Shown here in pieces: positions 17,753 to 26,405 of a stretch of 46,111 bases of DNA. The number at the start of each line of letters is the position of its first letter. The stretch's first letter is position 1. A model generated the notes under the pieces. That model was given only the letters and a program-made list of their open reading frames with translations. It had not been told where the DNA came from and ran no database searches. This DNA comes from Patescibacteria group bacterium (GTDB taxonomy: Bacteria; Patescibacteriota; Patescibacteriia; JAGVFQ01), in NCBI GenBank assembly GCA_020057505.1, contig JAGVFQ010000066.1:1-46111 (forward strand), written 5' to 3'. The position numbers and the translations under genes are program-made.

Positions 17753-19950
17753 ACCTAAATACAAAAAAATATCTTGTCGCTTCCCTGGCAATTATTTTAG
17801 TACTAATGCTCAATATTTTTTATTGGCACACTCTTTTCCTCGGCCTGATTTTCGGCTTGGCTTTTTTGGTTTTAAACAGTTATAGCTTGGGAAGCTTTAT
17901 ATTCCAAAAAGACCATCTCGCTATAAAATTAAGCCTAGGCTTATTATTTTTACTTTCCGTTATCTCCTCCCTCGGCGCTATAATCTATTATTTTTATAAA
18001 TTAGATCGATTTATTATCATTATTTTATTAATTATAATAACAATCGCAAATTACTTTATTATCCACAAGCTTCAACCCTCAACTTTTGTTGAAGGTAGTT
18101 TTTCTAGTTCCCCCTTAGCAAAGGGGGCCAGGGGGATGTTTACCACTATCCGGCTCAACAAATTTATAGCCTGGGCAACTAAAAATTGGCTAATGATAAT
18201 TTTAATCATCATCTATCTACTCCTCATCGCTTACAGCTTCTTCCTCCTTTTTACTCGCCAAACCACTGAAGCCATCCGTTCGCCCTGGGAAATCCTGCCG
18301 ATCAAATTTTTTATTAGTTACTTCCTGGCGACATTAGTGCTAATTAGTGTAATTATCAAAAACAAAAAAACCTGGCTCTCATTCATGTTGGCAACTCTCC
18401 ACGGCCTTCTATCTTTTTCCGTTGCCTTGATTGTCTATAAAGTCGGCTATGGTTTTGATCCCTTCATCCACCAAGCGACGGAAAAATTGATTTATGCCAC
18501 GGGCGCCGTCACGCCCAAGACACTTTATTATCTTGGCCAATATTCATTGGTAATTTTTTTAACTTATCTCTTGAATATTGATCTAGCCTTGGTTGATAAA
18601 ATTTTAGCCCCAATTCTTGCCGCCATTTTTATTCCTCTAACTATTTACTATACTTTTAGCCGTGCTTTTGATTGGGAGAAAAAAAATTATTTGGCTTTAA
18701 TAATCGGCTTTCTCACCCTGCCTTTCAGTTCATTTATCGCCACCACGCCGCAAGGCCTGGCTAATTTATTTTCAATAATTATTATCCTCTTCGGCCTATT
18801 ATATTTGAATAAAAAAATCTCTTTCTATCCCCTGCTAATTTTGGGCTTTGCTGACTTTATTATTCATCCTTTGGCCGGCGTGCCTATTATAATTTTTCTA
18901 TTTTTCCTTTGGCTTTATTCTTATTCAGGAAAAGAAACCAACCCTATTATCAAGTTTAAAAAAATACTCATCACTATCTCGGCAATCTTGGCTTGTTTTA
19001 TTTTGCCTATAATTTTTATTATCTTTTCCCGCCTCTCCTCAAATCTCGGCATTAGCTTTAATGCCAACTTGTTAGCTATCAGCCAAATAATTTCCTTGTT
19101 CAGCCCAGGACAAATTCAAAAAAAATTCCATTTCGTCTATGATTTGATTTATTCTTATAAAAATTATCTTAATCTATTCTTGCTCTTCGCGGCGTTTGCG
19201 GGCATTTTTATTGCTAAAATAAAAAAACAGGCCGCGATCTTTTGGTCATACATTTTGGTCTTTCTTATTACTTTAATAAACTATATTACCCTAAAACTAT
19301 TTATCTCTTTTTCCGGATTGATTGAATATGAACAGGGAGATTATTCAGAACGCATCTTGGAACTTAGTTTTTATTTCCTTATCCCTCTTTTCCTCTATGC
19401 TTTTTATTGGCTGATCAAAAAAATCAGAGAAGATAATTCGCATCTGCAGTTTATTTGGCTTTGCCTAATTTCAACAATTATCGCTTTTTCACTTTATCTT
19501 TCTTACCCCAGGGTAGATATTTATGATCCAGGCCATAATTTTAGCACGAGCGCTTCGGATATCAAGGCTGTCCAATATATTAATAAAGACTCAGGTAATC
19601 AAGATTATATTGGTTTGGCCAACCAATCTGTTTCCGTCGCCGCGATCCGCGAATTCGGCTTCAAAAAATATTTTCAAATAAATTACCAAGGCCAAACCAA
19701 AGAAATATTTTATTATCCGATACCCACCGGCGATCCGCTTTATCAATTTTATTTGGATATGGTTTACAAAAAACCGACCAAGGAAACCATGCTTCTGGCA
19801 ATGAATTTGGCCGGAGTAAATCAAGCCTATTTTGTGATTAATCGTTATTGGCAGGATTCAGCCAAAATTATCGAGGAGGCGATGTCCACGGCCGATAGCT
19901 GGCAGAGTATTGATAACGGGAAACTTTTTGTATTTAAATATATAAAATAA
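17749..19950 (+). CDS. large polytopic membrane protein, possibly GT-C-like
   Basis: More than 15 hydrophobic segments, GYGFDPFIHQA loop motif, soluble C-terminal domain; lies in a glycan locus. Confidence 0.65.
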   Translation: MNLNTKKYLVASLAIILVLMLNIFYWHTLFLGLIFGLAFLVLNSYSLGSFIFQKDHLAIKLSLGLLFLLSVISSLGAIIYYFYKLDRFIIIILLIIITIANYFIIHKLQPSTFVEGSFSSSPLAKGARGMFTTIRLNKFIAWATKNWLMIILIIIYLLLIAYSFFLLFTRQTTEAIRSPWEILPIKFFISYFLATLVLISVIIKNKKTWLSFMLATLHGLLSFSVALIVYKVGYGFDPFIHQATEKLIYATGAVTPKTLYYLGQYSLVIFLTYLLNIDLALVDKILAPILAAIFIPLTIYYTFSRAFDWEKKNYLALIIGFLTLPFSSFIATTPQGLANLFSIIIILFGLLYLNKKISFYPLLILGFADFIIHPLAGVPIIIFLFFLWLYSYSGKETNPIIKFKKILITISAILACFILPIIFIIFSRLSSNLGISFNANLLAISQIISLFSPGQIQKKFHFVYDLIYSYKNYLNLFLLFAAFAGIFIAKIKKQAAIFWSYILVFLITLINYITLKLFISFSGLIEYEQGDYSERILELSFYFLIPLFLYAFYWLIKKIREDNSHLQFIWLCLISTIIAFSLYLSYPRVDIYDPGHNFSTSASDIKAVQYINKDSGNQDYIGLANQSVSVAAIREFGFKKYFQINYQGQTKEIFYYPIPTGDPLYQFYLDMVYKKPTKETMLLAMNLAGVNQAYFVINRYWQDSAKIIEEAMSTADSWQSIDNGKLFVFKYIK

Positions 19951-19955
19951 CAATT

Positions 19956-21227
19956 TTAATTATTCAACAATTTAGCAATATATTCCTCAATTTCTAAACC
20001 TTTGACTGTGTTTAAGGCATTCTGTCGCAAATCCTGACCTCTATTTTCTATACTTAATTTCAAAACTCGCAACAAATCTTCTTCGTCCCCCGCTTCAAAA
20101 GTAAAGCCATTAATACCGTCTTCCACTAATTCTGCCACGCCGCCAATCTTCGCAGCTATCACTGGCACGCCAAAAGAAAAACTCTCATAAATCACTCCTG
20201 GCGAATTCTCATAACAAAGTGAAGGCACGATCGTAAAATCAGCTTGGCTCAAAACCTCATTGATTTTTTCATGAGGCACCCTGCCTAAAATTTTAATCCG
20301 CGGCTCATCAGCCGCTATTTTTTTTATTTCTTCAAGTCTTGAACCATCGCCCGCAATTAGTAGCTGGTATTTAGTATTTTGTGTCTGGTATTTCAAAAAA
20401 TCTTTAAATGTATTAACCAAAAATGGAACCCCTTTATGTTCTTCTATTTGACCTAAATATAACAAATTAACTGTTTGCTGTTGCCTGCTTTCTGCCATCT
20501 TGCTTGGCAGAGAAATAATTACTGGATTTGGTATTATTAATTTTTTTGAATTTTTAAAAAACCCTTTCTCGCTATAAAAATCCATCAACCACTTTGACGG
20601 CGAAATAACTACATCCGGCGAATCAAACAAAAAACGACAAATTTTCTCATACCATTTTTTCAAAAAAATCCTTTGCTCTAAATTATTTTCTTGATCCTTA
20701 ATAATTAATCCGCCGGGCGTTGATAGCTGGACATCATGAACAGTATGAAGCCACTTAATTTTAGATCTCTTAATCGCCCACGGCACAAGATAACCGATTC
20801 CTTTCAAATTATGCGTCATCACCATATCCGGCTTTTCTTTCTGCAAGATATTTCGCACAACAAAATAAGAATGCAAATTAAAAACATCCAATTTGTGCCA
20901 AATCAACCGACAAAAAATATTATGCCGGCTGATATTAATAAATGAAAAAATATTCAGAGGATAAAAACGGTAGACATCCCCCTCGCCCCCCTTAATAGGG
21001 GTTAATTCAGGAAAAACCTCCGTACTCACTGCCCCCTTGTCAAAGGGGGTTAGGGGGATTCGGTTATTATCAGGCCACAGCGAAAACAAACCTTGAAACG
21101 GTTTTATTGTGATTACAACAACCTTATGACCAGCAGCTTGTAATCCATTAATAATATTATCAAAAACCACCTCGGCGCCGCCGCGGGAATAAGGTTTATA
21201 CAAGCTATTTATAAGACAAATTTTCAC
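19956..21227 (-). CDS. glycosyltransferase family 4
   Basis: GGAE, HKG, ENSPGVIYES (Ex7E), GGVAELVEDGINGF. Confidence 0.9.
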   Translation of the reverse strand: MKICLINSLYKPYSRGGAEVVFDNIINGLQAAGHKVVVITIKPFQGLFSLWPDNNRIPLTPFDKGAVSTEVFPELTPIKGGEGDVYRFYPLNIFSFINISRHNIFCRLIWHKLDVFNLHSYFVVRNILQKEKPDMVMTHNLKGIGYLVPWAIKRSKIKWLHTVHDVQLSTPGGLIIKDQENNLEQRIFLKKWYEKICRFLFDSPDVVISPSKWLMDFYSEKGFFKNSKKLIIPNPVIISLPSKMAESRQQQTVNLLYLGQIEEHKGVPFLVNTFKDFLKYQTQNTKYQLLIAGDGSRLEEIKKIAADEPRIKILGRVPHEKINEVLSQADFTIVPSLCYENSPGVIYESFSFGVPVIAAKIGGVAELVEDGINGFTFEAGDEEDLLRVLKLSIENRGQDLRQNALNTVKGLEIEEYIAKLLNN

Positions 21228-21239
21228 AAAATTAAAATT

Positions 21240-22421
21240 TTATAATCCCTTATAAATAATATCCAACTGTTTGCCAATTTCTTCCCATGTATATTTTTCT
21301 TCAACTAACTGCCTGCCCGCCTCACCCATCTTTCTTCTTAGTTCATCATTGGCCAGCAGCTTATTAATTTTATCTGCCAAATCATTTTCATTTTTCACCT
21401 CAGCCAAAAGTCCTGTTTTACCTTCTTTAACCACACTCCGCACTCCTACTAAATCAGAAGCAATAGTCGGCTTGCCCGAAGCCATTGCTTCGAGTAAAAC
21501 CAAACCAAAGGCTTCAGATTTATCAATTGATGGCAAAACAAATAAATCGGCTAGATTATAATACTGCGGCAGGTCCTCATCAGAAATATAACCGGCAAAA
21601 ATGACTTTATCGGCGATACCCAATTTCTCAGACAAGATTCTATATTCAGACAGCAAATCTCCTTGTCCAATAATTATAAGTTTGACTCCCTTATCTTTGG
21701 TATTATTTGCGACTAGTGCAAAAGCTCTAAGCAAATAACCAACGCCTTTGAAATAATGCGCTCGATCCAAATTGCCAACAAACAAAATAATCTTATCATC
21801 AATAATCAGATTATGCTTCGCTAACAAATTCTTATCTTTTTCTCGCGGATAAAAATTATTCGGCGAAACCCCGCACGGTATTTCAACAAATTTTTCTCTA
21901 TTTTCCCGCACCAATCCGGCAATATCGGAATGCTCGGCATAATTAAATGACGTAACAATTACTTTATCAGCGGCTTTTATAATCAACGGCAAAATAAATT
22001 TATTATGCAATCTAAAAATCCAACCCAACCAACCATTTCCCACTACATCCATATGGTAAGTTATAATGAGCTTAGCCTTTAGGCCAATTAATTTTCTTAG
22101 CCAAATAATTTCCGCTCCGCCAAAAAATGGATAATGCAAATGAATAATATCAAACCCCTTGTCCTCTGTAGCCTTAGCAAAGGGGGGCGATTGCCAAAAT
22201 AACTGCGGCAAAAAGGCAGCATTGCCATAGCGAAAAAGTGGCTTTAGATATTTGATTTGAAAAATATTTTCTCCCACCATTGCCGGGTCTCGCTCATGTT
22301 TGGGTGTAAACACAACAACTCTATGGCTCAGGTGAGCCAATTCCAAAGAGTTGTAATATGCGACATTGCCAATACCTCCGGGATACGGCGGAAAGGTACA
22401 GACTATTTGAGCTATTTTCAT
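21240..22421 (-). CDS. glycosyltransferase family 4
   Basis: GGIG, FKG, EAFGLVLLEAMASG. Confidence 0.92.
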   Translation of the reverse strand: MKIAQIVCTFPPYPGGIGNVAYYNSLELAHLSHRVVVFTPKHERDPAMVGENIFQIKYLKPLFRYGNAAFLPQLFWQSPPFAKATEDKGFDIIHLHYPFFGGAEIIWLRKLIGLKAKLIITYHMDVVGNGWLGWIFRLHNKFILPLIIKAADKVIVTSFNYAEHSDIAGLVRENREKFVEIPCGVSPNNFYPREKDKNLLAKHNLIIDDKIILFVGNLDRAHYFKGVGYLLRAFALVANNTKDKGVKLIIIGQGDLLSEYRILSEKLGIADKVIFAGYISDEDLPQYYNLADLFVLPSIDKSEAFGLVLLEAMASGKPTIASDLVGVRSVVKEGKTGLLAEVKNENDLADKINKLLANDELRRKMGEAGRQLVEEKYTWEEIGKQLDIIYKGL

Positions 22422-22443
22422 AAATTTTAATAGGTGAAAAGGA

Positions 22444-22471
22444 TTGACTGATTCCCTAAATCTGTTATACT
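22444..22471 (+). promoter_or_regulatory. putative promoter of the VTC/CYTH operon
   Basis: TTGACT-16 nt-TATACT with extended TG. Confidence 0.45.
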
Positions 22472-22599
22472 TTTAATGGTCTAAAAATGCTCTTTCTCGC
22501 GTTAATTATAAGCAAATACTAACACAAAAATCAAAATAAGCCAAAATTAGCCGGTTGATATAATTTCACCCAATTGTTTATTTTTTATTCATATTTTAT

Positions 22600-23883
22600 A
22601 TGAATAAGCGAATAAAAATTGATCTGCCCGAAAGGACGGAAAGAAGATATGTTATCCCGTCTCCTCAGAAATTTTTAGATAAAATTTCCTCTTTTATGGA
22701 ACGGAAAAAATTTTCCGATAATGAATATGTTCAGACTATATATTTTAATAATGACGAGCATACTCTCCCGTTTGATCTTTCAATAAAGGCCAGGCGCTAT
22801 CTGCCGCGTCTGCCCAGCCATCCGGTATTAGATGAAGGGCTATATTTTCTCGAACTTAAAATTGATAAAGGGGAATACAAACAAAAAGTCAGAATGGACG
22901 CCGCGAAAATCATTAACGAAGAATATTCTTTTTTGGAAAAAAATTTACGGCCTTATATTTTAGTTGAATATCATCGCGAGCATTATACTCTCAAAAATCA
23001 AGAAAAGGCCAGAGTGACGATTGATGACAATATAAAATATTTCTATCTCCCGCCTAATCAAAAAAAGTGGATTTTAATTGGCAAGGAAGAAGATTACGCC
23101 AGACTGGAAGTAAAAGAAAAAAGAAGCAATAAAAATTTTTCTATTTTAATTAAAAAAATACTCGAAGATTTTGATGTTCGCCCTATTATCTCAAAGAGAT
23201 TCACTTCCTATAATTTTCTTAACAAATATTTTCTAGCTAAAAATAAAATACATCTCTATAAAGAATTAAATGATTGCGAAATAGAATCTAAACTGGAAAT
23301 CAAAAATAAAATCGATCCGGAAACAGTTTTTCAAGAAATAAAACAATATTTTAAAAAAAATAATTCTAAATTCAAATTACCCAAGCATTTCCCCCGCACT
23401 CTCGAATCGGCATCAATAAATCGATATTGCAAAAATAAAAACGGCTTATTTAAAATATCGATGAAAGGAGATAAGATGAGAATAATTTTTAAAAGCAAAA
23501 AAGAAATTTTAAAAAACTCAAAAAAATTAACTTGTATTTTAAAAAGAAAAGAGAGAAAAGGTGATTATTTTTCGATTTGGTCAAAATCAATCGAGTCGGC
23601 GGAATTATTAGAAGAAATCAAGCGGAAGAAAAAATTTTTCTACATCGTCAATTCACTAACTAAAAGATTTTATCAGATTAGTTTAGATTACTGTTATAAT
23701 TATTTTAATAAAAACCTGCGCCAAATAGAAATCGAATACATCGGTAGATCCATAAAATTAAAAACAGCCGAAGAAAACAAAATTGTCGAAGATATCGCCA
23801 AAATTACTGAAATTTTATTGAAAAAATTCCCGGCGCTTCGCCCCAGTCAGCAAACCAAAGAAGAATGGCTGAGGATAAAGTAA
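22600..23883 (+). CDS. VTC-domain protein with a second CYTH-like (triphosphate tunnel) domain
   Basis: RTERRY, TIYF, KARRY, FLELK, YHRE, RVTID, LEVK; then EIESK...ISLD...QIEIEY...TKEEWL. Confidence 0.65.
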   Translation: MNKRIKIDLPERTERRYVIPSPQKFLDKISSFMERKKFSDNEYVQTIYFNNDEHTLPFDLSIKARRYLPRLPSHPVLDEGLYFLELKIDKGEYKQKVRMDAAKIINEEYSFLEKNLRPYILVEYHREHYTLKNQEKARVTIDDNIKYFYLPPNQKKWILIGKEEDYARLEVKEKRSNKNFSILIKKILEDFDVRPIISKRFTSYNFLNKYFLAKNKIHLYKELNDCEIESKLEIKNKIDPETVFQEIKQYFKKNNSKFKLPKHFPRTLESASINRYCKNKNGLFKISMKGDKMRIIFKSKKEILKNSKKLTCILKRKERKGDYFSIWSKSIESAELLEEIKRKKKFFYIVNSLTKRFYQISLDYCYNYFNKNLRQIEIEYIGRSIKLKTAEENKIVEDIAKITEILLKKFPALRPSQQTKEEWLRIK

Positions 23884-23904
23884 ATTTGGAATCTAAAAAA
23901 TTAA

Positions 23905-24544
23905 ATGAAAAAGAATTTAAATTTTTACGAAAATTTATATAACAGATTGAAAAAAACAAAATATACTTTTGGTTTGCCGCAAAAAGAATTAATAAAATTC
24001 ATGAATTCGGCTCGCTGGAAAAAAGCAAGAATTTTGGATCTAGGTTGTGGCGATGGCAGAAATATAATATTTTTAGCGTTAAAAAACTTAGCTGTTTGGG
24101 GAATTGATAACTCTGTTTCTGGTTTGAGAAAAATAAAAGAAAAAAACAAAAATAATCCACTTATTCAAAATATTCACTTAAAACAAGCAGATTTAAAAAC
24201 AATTAAATTAAAACAGCGCAATTATTTTGATTTAGTTATTTGTGTTTACACTTTTCATGAAATTGGACTAAATGGTGTAAAAAATATTATTAAACAAGCG
24301 AAACTTTCTACCAAACCACATGGGATAAATTACCTCGCCATTTTTATTCCCCAAAAAGGAACCTTCATCAGAAAAGAATGTTATTACCCCAATGAAAATG
24401 ATATTATTAAAATACAGGAATTGGAAGATTATAAAGAAAAAGAAAGTCTTTTTGACGCACAGCCATCCCATTCCTTATTCAAAAAGAAAAGAAATAAAGC
24501 ATAAACATTATGTTTGTCATTTATTTTTAGAAAAAATAAAATAA
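23905..24544 (+). CDS. class I SAM methyltransferase (TehB-like), probably frameshifted near 24410
   Basis: ILDLGCGDGRN; annotated frame stops at 24504, shifted frame gives YRNWKII...HSH...HKH to TAA 24544. Confidence 0.75.
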
Positions 24545-24554
24545 TTCTTTAAAT

Positions 24555-25118
24555 ATGGCTGAAGTAAAAATTTTAATCCAGGGCTATTTGATGGCTGATT
24601 TTAAAGATAAGAAAAAAGCCGGCACTTGTCCGACTATTTCTCTAATCCGCGACCAAGGAAAAAATATCGTTGTTGATCCAGGAACAGTCAAAGACCAAAA
24701 AATAATCAGAAACAAATTAAAAGCGGAGGGTTTAACCATAGATGATATTAACATCGTCGCTATCACTCATTCCCATCTGGACCATTACCGGAATATCGGC
24801 ATGTTTCCGCGGGCGAAAGCTTTGGATTACTGGGGCATCTGGGAAAGAGACAAGATTAAAAAATTACCCGCCCGATTCACGAACGACATTGAAATAACAA
24901 AAACTCCAGGCCATAGCTACGATGGTATCAGCCTTATAATTAAAACCAAGGAAGGTAAAATTGCCATTGTGGGCGATCTCTTTTGGAAAGAAAATTATCC
25001 CCAAAAAGATCCTTACGCCAGTGATCCAAAAAAACTAAAAACCAACCGCAAAAAAATTTTAGCTTTGGCTGATTGGATTATCCCCGGACACGGGGATATT
25101 TATAGAGTTAAAAAATAA
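24555..25118 (+). CDS. metallo-beta-lactamase-fold hydrolase
   Basis: VVDPG, THSHLDH, TPGHS, VGD, IPGHG. Confidence 0.9.
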   Translation: MAEVKILIQGYLMADFKDKKKAGTCPTISLIRDQGKNIVVDPGTVKDQKIIRNKLKAEGLTIDDINIVAITHSHLDHYRNIGMFPRAKALDYWGIWERDKIKKLPARFTNDIEITKTPGHSYDGISLIIKTKEGKIAIVGDLFWKENYPQKDPYASDPKKLKTNRKKILALADWIIPGHGDIYRVKK

Positions 25119-25119
25119 A

Positions 25120-25156
25120 TTGACAATATCCTTTGCCCGAATTATAATGAATTCGG
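25120..25156 (+). promoter_or_regulatory. consensus sigma70 promoter with inverted repeat around -10
   Basis: TTGACA (25120..25125)-17 nt-TATAAT (25143..25148); ccgaatt/aattcgg inverted repeat 25137..25156. Confidence 0.85.
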
Positions 25157-25160
25157 CTTT

Positions 25161-25247
25161 ATGTTGAACACTATAATTGGATTAAATATTACAAAAGACA
25201 AATTCAAAAAATTGGCGTTTTACCGCTCAAATATTAATATTTTCTAA
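25161..25247 (+). CDS. candidate 28-aa leader peptide MLNTIIGLNITKDKFKKLAFYRSNINIF
   Basis: Open frame between the promoter and a terminator that begins at its stop codon. Confidence 0.4.
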   Translation: MLNTIIGLNITKDKFKKLAFYRSNINIF

Positions 25248-25275
25248 AAATCTCGATAAAATCGGGATTTTTTGT
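25246..25275 (+). terminator. intrinsic terminator/attenuator in the 5' leader
   Basis: aaaaatctcgat-aaa-atcgggattttttgt. Confidence 0.6.
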
Positions 25276-25333
25276 ATACCCCCAACACCTACAACCTAAA
25301 AAGCTAAAGAGCTAACAAGCTACCACCTAATCT

Positions 25334-26314
25334 ATGCCCAAAACCTACGCACCCGAAGAATTGAAAAAAAGATTCAAAAAAGTAAACTGGGTTTTTGCCT
25401 ATGAAGAATTGCTAGCCGCCTATGACGAAAAAGCGAAACTCGTTATGCTGATTGAAGACTATATGAAAGGCGTTTATGCCGAAGCTTGGCGCGTTTATCA
25501 TTTTCCGAGAACCAGCCCCTTAGTCAAATACGCCAAACGAGAAGGCACAAAATCAATTTTTTATCTGAAAGAAGGCACAGCCAAAAAACTTCGCCTCGTC
25601 CCCTCTTTTGCTCCGATCGGCATCAAGCAGGTAATCGTGAGCGGGAATGAAATAAAAATACTTTATAGCGGCTTGGGCGGCGGCGGGGTGAGTGCGGCCT
25701 ATTGCCGAGGCCTCGCCAAGGGCGTGAAAAAGATCAAAGTTGTAAATGAAGCCGGCGGCAACCAGCATGGCGAAGCTATGGTGACGCTTCCCCGCTATCA
25801 TCATATGATTATCGGTATTGACGACACGGACAATGAAAAAGAAGGCGCCACATACGCTCTCGCTCATAATATAGCCTTGGCTATCAGTAATGATAAAAAT
25901 ATCCGCTATATCTCACATACTAATACCCAGCTCTATCCGGAAAATCCTTCGAAAACCAAAAACTGTATGAGCACGAGCATCGGCTTTCTCGTTCGGCCTG
26001 GCCTGGAAGACAAAATAATTAAATTTTTTGCGAAAGAATTAAAAGCAAAAACCTTGAGCCAAAATACGGCTATGGTCGTGCTCCGCGGATTTTTTATCCC
26101 GGAAAAATTAAAATTGTTTAGCCGACGATTAAGAACCAAATTTTTTACTAATCTCCCATACGCCAAACGGCTCGCCAAAGAGCTAAATTTGGAATGCCAT
26201 ATTATTACCGGCGAAAAGGGACTGATCGGCGCGCTCGGGGCCGTGAGTATGCACGACAATCCGGATCTCGCCGCCAGTCTGCCGCCCGGATTTGATAAGA
26301 TGGTAAAATGGTAA
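25334..26314 (+). CDS. mmp11: methanogenesis marker protein 11-like (TiaS N-terminal-related domain)
   Basis: RTSPLV, GLGGGGVSAAYCRGLAKGV, IIGIDDTD...GATY, QLYPENPSKTKNC, GLIGALGA; recognised from memory of the family. Confidence 0.8.
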   Translation: MPKTYAPEELKKRFKKVNWVFAYEELLAAYDEKAKLVMLIEDYMKGVYAEAWRVYHFPRTSPLVKYAKREGTKSIFYLKEGTAKKLRLVPSFAPIGIKQVIVSGNEIKILYSGLGGGGVSAAYCRGLAKGVKKIKVVNEAGGNQHGEAMVTLPRYHHMIIGIDDTDNEKEGATYALAHNIALAISNDKNIRYISHTNTQLYPENPSKTKNCMSTSIGFLVRPGLEDKIIKFFAKELKAKTLSQNTAMVVLRGFFIPEKLKLFSRRLRTKFFTNLPYAKRLAKELNLECHIITGEKGLIGALGAVSMHDNPDLAASLPPGFDKMVKW

Positions 26315-26347
26315 AAATTACTATTAAATAAACTCACTATTTAAAAT

Positions 26348-26376
26348 TTGCTAAATTACCCCATTTAATCTAAAAT
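26348..26376 (+). promoter_or_regulatory. putative promoter of the FecR-domain gene
   Basis: TTGCTA-17 nt-TAAAAT. Confidence 0.5.
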
Positions 26377-26405
26377 AGATTATAATAATTATTAATTATC
26401 CACTT

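Noticed and set aside
25334-26314. Bona fide TiaS
   Set aside because: No OB-fold or zinc-ribbon C-terminus is visible, and the extra N-terminal domain fits Mmp11.
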